Part shown: one piece after another, positions 12,335 through 24,900 of the stretch
Position numbering within the stretch: the stretch's first letter is position 1
How the letters are laid out: the number at the start of each line of letters is the position of its first letter
DNA from: Azolla caroliniana
Lineage: Eukaryota; Plantae; Polypodiophyta
NCBI GenBank assembly: GCA_043228905.1
Contig: JBHGNT010000004.1
Coordinates: forward strand, 13,826,001-13,890,000
Reading direction: 5' to 3'
DNA: 64,000 nucleotides
The notes under the pieces: generated by a model
What the model was told of the DNA's origin: nothing
The model's database searches: none
The model's input: the letters and a program-made list of their open reading frames with translations, nothing else
Position numbers and translations under genes: made by a program

Positions 12335-15300
12335 TCACTTGTCCGTTGGTCCTCTCGGACCCTTACCGGCGTCGTTCTCCCCAATTACCGGCTCGCCTTC
12401 TCTACCGTCTTGGTAGTTGCCGTTGCCCTCACTGGTGTCGGTCCTCTGCTCAAATGGGTTCTTAGGCATCGGTCCTCTATATGCCTTTAACCGGAATCCA
12501 TTGACCCATTTGCCCAGCACTTCGCCGGCAAGTGTCCCCAACTGGTAGGACCCATTATATTCCCGTGTTAGGCAATATGGTCCGGTCCATCTAAACCTTA
12601 GTTTACCCGGCATCTTGCCCATCTGGGTTTGGAATACTAATACCGGTTTGCCGATTACGAACATTTTTTCGTTACCTTTCCTGTGTCGGTCGACAAATGC
12701 TTTCCGTCTGCGTTGCTCCAATTCTAAATGTAGGATGTTGGCCAACCGTTGTTCCTCCAGCTCACACAATGTTGTCAACCTTATTGTCTCCGACTCCTTC
12801 TCGCTCAGCCGTTCTCGTAGCTGGATCCATAAGCTAGGTACTTGGAATTCTACCGGCATGACCGCCTCGAGTCCGAATGCCAACCGGAACGGTGTTGTTC
12901 GGATGCTCGTTTTGTATGCCGTCCGGTATGCCCAAAGCGCGCTATGTAGCTTTGTGTCCCAATCCGTCCGGTTCTCGTTGACGATCTTCCGAAGGATATT
13001 CTAGAGCGTCTTGTTTGTTGATTCCGCTAATCCGTTCGTTTGTGGATAGTAAGGTGTGCTTCGTTTGTGGACCACGGCATAGAAGGTCGTTAGGCTTTCC
13101 ACTACTTGTCCGAGAAAGTGCCCCCCTTGGTCACTTATCAATTCAATGGGGCATCCGTAACGGCACCAGATGTACTCATATAGAAACTTTGCAGTTGACG
13201 CAGCGGTGTTATCCCGTAAAGCTTTGGCCTCCACCCATTTCGTGCAGTAATCCGTAGCAATGATAACGTACCGATTACCCGTTCTCATTGTCGGTGGCTT
13301 GAACGGTCCTACAAAGTCCAGCCCCCACTTTTGGAATGGCTCGAGTGGTAGTACCGGCTGGTGTGGCATACGAGCCTGCCCCGTTGGCTGGCCCATTCTC
13401 TGGCATAGGTCACATTCTTTTGCGTACCGTACCGCATCTCTTAATGTCGTTGGCCACCATAGGCCACTTTGCCATATTTTTCTGGCCGTCGCATCTCCAG
13501 CATAGTAACCTCCGGCAACTCCGCAGTGGGCTTCCCTCAGTATCAGTTCCTTTTCATCGCTGCGCACCGCCCGTCTCCATATGCCGTCAGCGCCCTTGTG
13601 GTACAGTGTGTCTTGCAGTAAGCAGAAATGTCGGCTTTGTACCGCCAGGCGTTTCCGTTCGTCCCGGTTCAACTCTTCCGGAGGCAGTCCTGTGCTCAGA
13701 AACTGGTGCATATTTGTGAGCCACTTGTCTTCCTGGGCCACTGTCTCATCTGTTGCCATCTCCGTAGTGACTCGAAACAGCTCCGCATCCGGAAACTCAT
13801 CCGGTACTCCGTCACCCGTCTCTCCGGACTCCAATCGGCTTAAGTAATCCGCTACGACATGCTGTATACCGGGTCGGTGGAATATTTCAAACTCGAACTC
13901 CTGTAACAATAAGGTCCACCGGGCCAATTTGCCGGTGAGTGACGCCTTGGACACTAGGTAAAGGAGTGTCGAATGATCTACATGGAAGGAAAACTTCCTT
14001 CCCAATAAATAGTGCCGAAACTTTGTCACACTGTAGATCATCCCTAGAGCTTCCCGTTCCGTAGTAGAGTAGTTCCGCTCTGCTTGGGATAGCTTCCGGC
14101 TGGCATAGTACACTGGTCAGTACCACTTTGGTTCCATAAGCTGCATCGGTACGCTTCCGATTGCGATGTCGGAGGCGTCCACGAACACGTGAAATTCTTT
14201 ACTCCAATCCGGAGCCTGCACTACCGGTGCCTGCGACAATAGTACCTTGAGGGCCTTATACGCCCTATCCTCAGTGTCGGTCCACTGGAATGGTGTCCGA
14301 TGTACGGCGGCATGCAACGGTGTAGCCAGGTCGGCCAAGTATCGGAGCATCCGGCTGTGCCATCGGATCTGGCCTAAGAACCGGCTTAATGCCTTTGCCG
14401 TTACCGGCGCCGGTGCTTCTAATATGGCTTTCACTTTGTCCGGATCGACTGCAATACCTTCCTGGCTCACAATATGTCCTAATAGCGTTCCACTGGACAC
14501 TCCAAATACACATTTTGCCGGATTCAAGCTTAGCCGGTACGCTCTACACTTTTCAAGACAAAGGCGGAGGTGCTGAAAATGGTCCTCCTCTCGGCTATAG
14601 ACGGCGAAATCGTCAAGGAAAACCTGCATAAAAGCCGGAATATATTCACCAAAGATTTCCATGATGATTCGTTGAAATGTTGCCGGTGCCGTTTTGAGTC
14701 CGAACATCATCACCACGGCCACAAACACCCCCCATTCGGTGACGAATGCCGTTTTTTCTTGGTCGTCGGGGTGCATCCGGATCTGATTATACCCGCTGAA
14801 TCCGTCTAGGAAGCTATAGACCTCGTGGCCGGCGACGACATCCAACACTCCATCTGTGAACGGAAGTGGAAACGCATCCGTTACCGTAGCCACATTGAGT
14901 TTCCGGTAGTCCACGCAAACTCGAATTTTTCCGTTCTTCTTCGGTACGACTACGATCGGGCTCAGCCATGTCGCTCTCTTTACCGGACGGATAAAGCCAA
15001 CTCTTAGCAGTTTGTCGATTTCTTCCTTGACCTTGGCAGCATAATTGGGATTCATCCAGTACCGTCTTTGTGCCACTGGTTTTGCGTCCTTGCTCAAGTG
15101 CACTTGATGCTGGTATAACTGAGGGTCGAGTCCTCGCATATCTTCGTATGACCAGGCGAACACATCCCGGAATTCCGTGAGAAGTGTTATCATCGCCGTT
15201 TTGTCTTCGGACTTCATCTCCTTGGCGATGTGCACCGGTTTTGCTTCGTCCGTGGTGCCTAAATTCACCTCTTCCAGTTGCGATGCTTTTACGCGCTGTG

Positions 15301-18113
15301 AAACGGCCATTTCCCGTTCCAACGCTTCCTGCGCTTGTCGTAACTCCCGGATTGCGTCTTTATCCGGTTCTGCTTCCGCCTCTTCCAGTTGCGGTAAGTA
15401 CGGTGCTACGGCTTCGGCAATGTCAATCTCGAAGAGGGGTATGATCTTCGGGTTTTCCTGCAGGTATTGAGGTTCTTCTTCGTCCGCTAACCCTTCTAGC
15501 ATGTTGACGCATTCCGCATACAACGGTGTACATTCCTTGCCAGTGCTCGTCCTTGGCTGTGTTGGTACCCGTACCTTGGCTTTTCCACGCCGGAAGGTAA
15601 TTATATTTTTTCGCCAATTCTGTTTGATATGTGCCGTTTTCAACCATGGCCGCCCCAGCAATAGCGGGTATGCACCTTGTGCCTGTAATTGTAGCACTAC
15701 GGCCGAGATGTGAAATGTATGCCCGCCGACGGTGACTTCTAATTTCCGTATTAATCCTGTCGGCCGCACTGAGCTTGTATCGGCCATCCGCAACCAGAAC
15801 GGACACGGCTCCCACTCGTGGATTCCTAGGTCCTCACACGTCCGGAGGCTTATTACATTTACCCCAGAGCCTCCGTCTATAACTGTGCCGGGGAGTTCTT
15901 TCCCTTTTACAATGGCAGTGATTACCGGACTGCTGGTGTCTACCACCGTTGGTCCCTCCTCTGGATTCGAGAAGAGTACCGGTGCCGGTGATGGTTCTCC
16001 TGCTGTCATGGCCGTCTTCAGTCCTTCCGTGAATCTTGGCACGAGTTGTAGGAGTCTTCCTAGTGGTAACGTAATCTGGCATTCTTGCAACGCCTGCCAT
16101 GTCTCGTTCTCGGAGTGACTACCGCCGGCAAGCCCTGCGGTGTTCTCCTTTTGCTGCTGTAAGTCTGTGACATTCTGCTCGTTTGCTTTCTTTACCCATT
16201 CCGTTGCTTGTTTCCGGATGGTCTCCTGTGTCTCCCATTCTTTGGCCATGCCCTTCGACCTTGTGGTCACCTGTTGCAGGTCTGCCACCTCAGGGACTAC
16301 CATATTTACCGCCGGTCATTTTTCATAGCTCTTCACCGGGCATTGGTTACTATAATGGCCTTCCTATCGGCAGTAGTAGCAGTAGGCTTTCCGGGCATTG
16401 CTAGATTCGGCATTGTCTGTTGTACCCAGGGCAGGTCCTATGGTACGCGCGGGGTTTTGTACCGGTTGGCTACTTGGAGCTCCTTGTTCCGGATCTCGGG
16501 GGTAGCCGCCTTTTTTAAAATGCCGTTTTTTGTTATAGCTCTTCTTATTACGGTACTCTTGACGAGGTTGCCCGTTATATCTGCCGTATTCCTCCCGTTG
16601 CTGACGATACCCGGGGGAGTGCTCCCGGTCGTACTGTTCGTATCGTCTATTGTAATCCTGGTACCGATCATGCCGGTCGTAGTTATCTCGCCGATCACCG
16701 TACCGGACATCATTTTCCCGTCGCTTGCCATACCGGACATCCTGTGCCGGTCGGTCACGGTCCATTTGCCGCCAATGTTCGTCTTCTTCATCCCGGCTGC
16801 TGCGTGGCTCAATTTGTCGGACGGGCGGTGCTTGCTGATTCAACAGATTATACTCGCACCTATCCATCGTATGGCTCTTGGATTGACAGATTACACATTG
16901 CGTCCTCATAGTGCATTCTAGAGCCGAGTGTCCGGAATTCAAGCAGGTTGTGCACTGTATTGCTTGCCGAAACCGGAGGTCTTCATCGGACGGTAACGCC
17001 CGTTGAAGTGCGCCCAGTGTGAGCCAGGAGCTTGTCTTTTCCATTTCTTTCACCTGGTCAATGGTACTTGTGCGGAAATCGATTACCGTGCAAACCGTGC
17101 GTAGGGGTTCTCGGAGCGCGTTTAGGAATATCGTCCGTAATTCCTCCTCCGGGGGTGCACAGGCAAGCTGACTATGCATCCGTTGAAACCGGATGACAAA
17201 TTGGGGAATGCTCTCCCCTGCCTCTTGTCGGATGGTATAAAATAAGCCTACCATTACGGTCTGGTCCACCTCCTTTTGAAAAAAATGCATGAATTTAGCT
17301 TTTAAATCTGCAAAGGTGTTGATGGTAGACGGGTCCTGCGTTCGGCGCCATCTTGCTGCTGGTCCCTCCAATGTGACGCCAAATTCCGCTATCTTAGAGC
17401 GTTCTTCTTCTTCTGGGGTCAATCGCTGGGACACATGGTTGGCTTCCCATATCTGTTCAAAGGCGTGCACATGAGCTTCCGCGTCCGGATCATCTCTATA
17501 CTTGGAGTACTGGAACGGCATGTCGTCGTCCGGTATCGGTGCACGGGCTGGTAGTGTTGGGGCTCGTTCCGGAATTTTCTCCGGTGTCGGTGGTCTTTCC
17601 CGATTTGATTCCGGTGTCGGTTGTTTCTCTTCCTTTGGTGATGGAGGCCTCTCCTCTTCGATTTCTGGTGTCAGAGGTCGTTCTTCCTCTGTTGGTTCCG
17701 GGGGTTCCAGCGTTAGCACTTCCGGTTCCGGTTCCGGTGTCGGTAAGGTATCCGATCCTTCGTCCTCCGGTTCGCCCGGGGTTTCGTTGCTGCTACGGTA
17801 GTTCGTGTGCACGCTGTATTCCCCTTCGGAGTCTGATTCATATGCTGAAAAGGCCTCTGCTTCGCCTTCTCCGTTTGCCAACGCGTGGAGAAGGGATTCG
17901 GTTTCCCGGAGGCTGCTTAGGCTGCTGCCGTCGTCCGGGTGCGATGTTTGCTGTAACCAAAGGGAGTCCTCCGCTACTCTCCGGATTACGTTGGAAAACG
18001 AGCGATCCGCTCTAATTTCCTGCGCCGCTTGCTGGAAAGCCTCGCGTCTCCTTTGCCTTTCGGCAAGGCGTCGAGTTCGATCTGTAACCAGGTTGTGCGT
18101 TGATCTAGACATC
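12335..18113 (-). pseudogene. Element A gag-pol, disrupted
   Basis: Gag with CCHC motifs, PR VIDGGSG, RT FLDDF, RH VDASD, INT WGLDFVGPF/ISDQG. Several stops. Confidence 0.95.
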
Positions 18114-18590
18114 CATCCGTGCCGTCGTTCGCTGTAAAAACAGGAATTGTGGTCGCCAAAAACTGTGTTAACTCTTCGGGCCGGACAATGGCCTAACACA
18201 GGGTGTCTACGGGAGACACTTCACCAAAGGGTGTTACGGCAACCGGATTAGACTTCAACGCTTAATCCGACTTAATTAAGTTACTTATTAGGATCGTCTT
18301 CATAACACGCGTAAGATATAACAATTAAGACAGACCAGCAATTAACACAGAGAGATAACAACGCTTAAGCTTTCATAACTATTACATTGTATCCGGGCCT
18401 TTAAATAGGTTTCCGGTCTGTATTACAAAACGGTGCCATCCTCACCTGTTCGGGATCGGTCCGGATCCGGAACGGCATACCGTTTCCGGTCCGTCCGTCC
18501 ACACTCATAGTTAATTACAACCACATTCCTACTACTTAATTAGCTCTCCGTTTCCCACTCTGGACTCCTTTGTCGGCCGGTAACACCGTC

Positions 18591-21402
18591 TTCAACCGAG
18601 TCAACCGACTCGGTGTCATGGTCACCGCTCCTTTCCTGCTGCCTTGCTTGGTCGTTCGGGACTGTTCTCCCCCTCAAGTTCGGCACGTCAAGGAGACGCA
18701 ACCTGAGCGCACCTGAGAATTGCCGCAACTTGTCCAGACCAAGAGGCTTGGTGAAGATGTCAGCAGTCTGCCGATCCGTCGGAACGTACTGAAGTTCGAC
18801 TTCACCAGAAAGGACACGCTCACGGAAGAAATGGTAGTGCACCTCAATGTGCTTGGTCCGTGCATGGAAGACGGGGTTCTTCGCGAGCTGGATGCTGCTG
18901 AGGTTGTCGCAGTAGATCGTCGTCGGATCTGACACCTCCTCTTGCAGGTCCTTAAGTAGCCGCTTCAACCATATGGCTTCGCATGTCGCGACAGCCGCTC
19001 CTCGGTACTCAGCTTCTCGGTACACTGAAGGTGCTCCTCGGTAGGTCGTGCCATGAACTGACTGATCACCCTGACCGGATAACTGAGGTCGGGTCGGGTG
19101 ATGGTCAAGTATATGAGGCTTCCGACAATTTGTCGGAACCTCGTCGGGTCGCATACCTTTCCCGTATCGGGACGAAGCTTCACAGTTCTATCCAGAGGAG
19201 TCGAGACGGACTTACAGTCGGCCATCCCGAATTTGAAGAGCATACTCAGCACGTAGTGACGTTGGCTGATCAATATGCCTTCGGGTGTACGGATCACTTC
19301 GATCCCGAGGAAGTAATGAAGGTCCCCCAGATCCTTCATGTCGAACGATGCCGCAAGCTGGAGCTTCACGAGGTCGATTTCACCTAGGTCGGCGCTGGTG
19401 ATGACCAAGTCATCAACATACAGTAAAATACTAACCGGTCCGAGTCGACCTTTCCGGATGAACAGGGAAGAGTCCGATTTTGACGTGACGAAGCCCATCC
19501 GACGCAGTTGTTGCGTGATCTTCGAGTTCCAGCCACGCGGGGCTTGCTTCAGTCCGTAAAGGGACTTCTTCAGTCGGCATACTGCCGAGGAGTTCGTTCC
19601 GGAGTGAAATCCGGGGGGTTGTACCATGTACACCTGTTCCTCAAGGTAACCTTGCAGGAACGCATTCTTTACATCCATCTGATGTAAGTGCCACCCCTTG
19701 GCCGCGGCTACTGCGAGCAAAACACGGACGGTCGTCATTTTCGCGACTGGCGCAAACGTCTCATCGTAGTCGATGCCATGTTTCTGCGCGTAGCCCTTTG
19801 CCACCAGCCGAGCCTTGTACCAGTTGACCGAGCCATCGGTGTTGTATTTGACTTTGTACACCCATCTACACCCGATCGGCTTCACACCCTTCGGTGCGTC
19901 AACCACGTCCCAGGTCTGGTTCTCCGCCAATGCGTGCATCTCTTCCTCCATCGCGGCACACCAATTTGCGTCTTTCGCCGCGTCTGCGTAGCTCTCCGGC
20001 TCACGCACTTCCGCTACACGGGTCATGTACGCATAATGATGCACCATGTACTCGTTGTATCCAAACCGCACAACTGGGTTCTTCTGGCGGGTAGATCGGC
20101 GTAATCTCACATTAGCCGATGTCGAGACCTTCTCAGTCGACGCGGTCTTCACCTTTAAAGACCCGTCACCGGTTCCCTTGGAGTCGAACTTGCGTCGGTC
20201 TGACTCGTTCCTATCCGTGCCAGAATCCGACACCTTCTTCTTCCCTTTCTCTTTGCGCGTAAGCCGCCTCCTCGGCTTCCTGCACTGGGAATGCACGGCC
20301 GAGTCTCCACTACTCGCCGGCTCCTCATCGGACTGGTCGTACCGACTCAGTCGTCCAATCGGTCCACTTAACCGGAGTGAAATCGGACTCTCTTTGCGGG
20401 TCTCGATTTCGGGCTCATCTGGAGGCATCTCGGCCTCGCTGTCCTCATCGTCAGAACTCATATTGGAGTCGGGGTTCCGAGGCGAGCGCAAGTACCAGGA
20501 CGCGGACTCTTCAAACACAACGTCGCGGCGGACACGCGCTTGTTTGGTGCGAGGGTTATAGCATTTATAACCCTTCTGCTCGTCCGAGTAACCAACCAAG
20601 ATGAACTTCTCGGCCTTTGCGTCCAACTTCCTCCTTTTCTCCTTCGGTACAGGCACATACGCAATGCTACCAAACACCCTCAAGTGTCGCAAGTTTAGCT
20701 TCGTTCCGAAATATAGCTCATGCGCCGACACTTTGTCTCCAATCCGGTTCTGGATGTATACCACGGTCCTTACCGCCTCGGCCGATTAGAACTTGGGCAA
20801 GCTCTTCTCCTCCAGCATTGCCCGTGCTGCTTCCACAACTGACCGATTCTTTCTCTCGGCCACGCCATTCTGCTCTGGCGTGTATCTACAACTGAATTCG
20901 CGGCGAATTCCCATTTGTTGTAGGTAACCGTTGAATTGACCGGAAAAGTACTCTTTCCCGCCATCCGACCGCAGACACTTGTTCTTTCGTCCCGTTTCGG
21001 CTTCCACGAACCCTTTGAGGTCCCGGAAACAGTCGAAGACTTCGCTCTTCCTCTCAATGAGGTAGATCCACGTGTGCCGCGTATGGTCGTCAATGAAGGA
21101 GACGAAATATCGGCTCCCGCCAAGACTAACGTTTTGTGTCGGCCCCCATACATCGGAGTGTATAAGGTCGAGCTTGTTCCGGCTCCGGTTTCACTCGTTG
21201 GGGAAGGGAAGTCGGTGTTGCTTCCCGAGCTGGCAGGCTTCACAAATTTGTGCCTTTCGGCCACTAAATTTGGGCAAATTGAACACTACCTGTTTCGTTT
21301 GCAGATCTTGAAGCCGCTGGTAGTTGACGTTATCCGCTTGTGCCACAAGTCGATGTCCGACTCGGTCTTTTGTCCCTTCGCGAACATTGCGGTGCCACCG
21401 TC
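18591..21402 (-). pseudogene. Copia integrase-RT-RNase H (stops; start of RNase H deleted)
   Basis: LRSDGGKEY, QNGVAER, QMDVKNAFL, LYVDDL, IYCDN, HARTKHIE. The sequence jumps from EEHLQC directly to EAEY near 19020. Confidence 0.95.
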
Positions 21403-21923
21403 AGTGGTGTTACCCGGACCCGGACAGTCAGTTTTACCGAACAGGTGGGAAAGCGTCGAAAACAGAGTCGGTTCGGATCAACTGTTCGGATCAATGACTC
21501 AGCAGTAAAACGAAGAGAACTAAGTTAGTTAGATAATTTTGTAAATCTTGTTAGGGAGTAGGAATAGTTCTTGATGAGAAAAGACCTTCGGTATACCTAT
21601 AAAAGGGAACCAAAGGCATTGTAAGAAAGGTCGTTTTATTTAGTAATATAAGTTTAAGTTAGGAATACCTTGTACGGATTCTGTGTTTCTCTGTTGTCTA
21701 TGATCTTAAGTGCAAGCTTCCTAATTTATAACTAAGTAACGATCACGGTAATTACCGATTAATATAGCATAATTCCGTTCGTAAAACACAATTCCTTGTT
21801 AGAACGTTGAGTAGCGACGTTCACTCTTCTGTATCGGTAATAGTTAGTAATTAGCCGATTAACACAGAAGAATTTTGGCACGCCCGGTTACATCTGCAAT
21901 TAAGCAGAGAACAATTCGAATGG

Positions 21924-24900
21924 ATGTCGTATGAAGAGGAGGCACCGGTCAGTTGTAAGCGCCCTCGTACAAGGTCAGTTACGAAGGTAGTGCAGCAAGC
22001 GTTCATTACGCAAGAACAGCCGGAATCAAGCACAAAGTGGTCGAAACTTCCTGACTTATCCGATCAATTACCTTCAGACGAAAAACAGACGGAAGAGGTA
22101 TCGTTTTACGACATTTGGGACGATATGCCTTATACTTATTCTAAGTTCCGGGAAGGAACAGATGCAGAAGCACATGTTAGGGATTTCTTAACGACATGGG
22201 AGATTAACCATGGAGCTCAGCGATTGTCAGCAGATGCCGAAGAAAAGTCAAAAATCGCTGAGTTTGTCTTATCATTAGACGGATATTCCGCTAATTGGTT
22301 TGCGCAGAACGGTCTTCAAGGATTTCCATCCTTCGAAGTATTAACTAGTAAATTTTTACAATTATTTCATCAACAAATTCCGCAGAAGGATTTGATTGCG
22401 CAATTTTATGCGTTATATCAAGAAAAAAATGAAACAGTATCTCAGTTTGTGATACGATTTCAGAACTTACAGCTTCAGATTTCAAGACCGATTCCGGATA
22501 AGGAATTAAAAGAAGTCTTTCTAGAAGCTGTAAAAGAACCATTAAGGACGACATTGAAAGTGTTCGATTTTAGAAATCAGACTATCGAACAAGTCATTGA
22601 TAAAGCAATAGAAATGGGTCGACCACCGGTCAATGTTCAGAGTATGGACATGTCGGCATTACACCGTACATTACCAACAATGGAGGAGTTACAATTTCGA
22701 CAAGCAGTTCAATGCACCACTTGTTTAAATACGGGGCATTCGGCAATTGACTGTACGTTAAGAACACATTGTACAATATGTCATTCAAAATTACATTCCG
22801 TAGAACAATGTGAATATAATCTGCTTAATAAGACTACGGCGTCAGTACGACAAATTTTTGCTGACAATGGTTACCAAAATAACACTAATCTGTTCAATGG
22901 TTATCAAAATAATAATTTCTCACAAAATCAGCAAAATGTACAACAGAACCCGGTTCTACAGCCAAATCAGATCTTTTCACAACAAAATATGCAACCCACT
23001 CAAGTGACTCAAGCATTTCAACCAGGTTTTGCTCAATCCAACCCACCATTCGTACAGAATCCGAATCAATATTTTCAACAAAATAATCAAAGTTTCCAAC
23101 AAGGTAATCCACCATTTCAAGGGTTTCAACAGAACTGTCCGAATGTGCAACCGAATTCTACATTTCAACCAAATCCGGCATTTCAACCGGGTAATATGAC
23201 TTTTCAACATAATACTCAAACTGTTCCACAAAATAATCAAATGTTTCAACAGAGTAATTTTCCGCCAAATCAGGAGTTCGGGATACCACACAATATAGCA
23301 CAACCAAATGATAATACTGAACAATTTAGGCCGAATAGGTATAAAAACAAGAGATTTTACAAACCAAAAGCTACACGTCAATACCAACAAAACCCGAATG
23401 GTAATGAAGAGCAGCAATTTAATAACGGGCAATTTGCACATGGAGAGACCAGTGCAACATTTGTGCCCACTTGTTACATTTGTCGACAACTAGGCCATTA
23501 TGCTAATCAATGTCCGGTTAAAGGAAAGGGTCCAGCAGTTAATATGGTGATACCGGAAGTTCAGCAAGTAACGACACGCAGCAAAAGCAAACAATCAGAG
23601 TGGGAAATTCAGGAAGAAGTTCGGAAGGCGGCAAAGGAATGGGTGGATGAAGCAAATCAAAGTAATGTGAATCGAATGTTACAAGACAATAACATTGACC
23701 AGGACATCGCTGTACAACAATCATTGGAGAATAAGGAACAGGAAGAAACTTGGAAACTGTTGGCTGATTGCCAAGTGTCATTACCACTTAAGGGCTTACT
23801 TAAGTTAGTACCAAGGTTTACAGAAAAAGTGGCAGCATTAATTGCATATAAAGGTTCCGAACAAATAGCAGTACACTACAATCAGCCAAGTAATAACCCT
23901 TCGATCATGGATGAACAGAATCCGTCTATTAAGGTAATACTTTACGGGCAAGAAATCGGAAATGTGATTATAGATGGAGGCTCGGGTGTTAATGTGATTA
24001 ACAAAACTACATGTGAAAAACTGGGAATCACGGAATGGGAAGAATGTTCGTTTTGGTTACGAATGGCAGATACAAGTACGGTACGACCGATTGGTTTGCT
24101 TCGACAACTGGATGTAATAATCGGGGGACACAGTTTTCAGATTTCAGCAGTAATTTTGCAGTTAGAAACACAGGGAGCATACCCCTTGTTATTGGGGAGA
24201 CCATGGTTAAAGACAGCTAATATTAAACAAAATTGGAAACAAAATGTGCTAACATTTAGAAAAGGAAAAAACAAGGTCAGGATTCCGACGCACAACAAAG
24301 TGACAACAAGCAAACAGAGTTTACCTGTATATGCAGAAGCAGTTAATATGATGGAAGGATTGGACGAGGAAGAAGAAAGTCAGTATTTTGATGATAATCA
24401 AAAAATCATCCCTCTATTTGAGGTAGATATTTTGCAAGCATTAACACCATATGTAGACTCACACGAAGAAGTGCCAATCGATGAGCAAACAATAAAAGAA
24501 ATACGAATGCAACAAGAAGCTAAAGATAAGGAATTGCAGGTATCTCAGAGAGTGCAAGCCTCAGCGTTGGAGGAGATTGATTTGGCAGGAGTAGAGGATG
24601 CTGAAAGAAAAACAATCTTGATTGCTAGAGATTTGACGGTAAATGACAAACGGACATTAACAACATTACTATTACAATATAAAGATGTTTTTGCATGGTC
24701 CTTTGACGATATGAAAGGTCTGGATCCCGCTTTTTGTCAACATCAAATCAATTTTCATAAAGATGCAAAGCCAGTACAACAACGCAGGTACAGGTTGAAT
24801 CCGAATTATGCTATCAAAGTAAAAGAAGAAATCGATAAACTCTTAAAAGTAGGATTTATTCGACCCGTCAAAAAATCAACATGGCTGAGTCCGATAGTAG

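Larger units (their letters stand above)
8697..18585 (-). mobile_element. Element A: Athila-like gypsy with extra 3' ORF, degenerate
   Basis: LTRs 18166-18585 and 8697-9132. TSD CCGTC. PBS TGGCGACCACA at 18148-18158 (tRNA-Arg type). Confidence 0.95.
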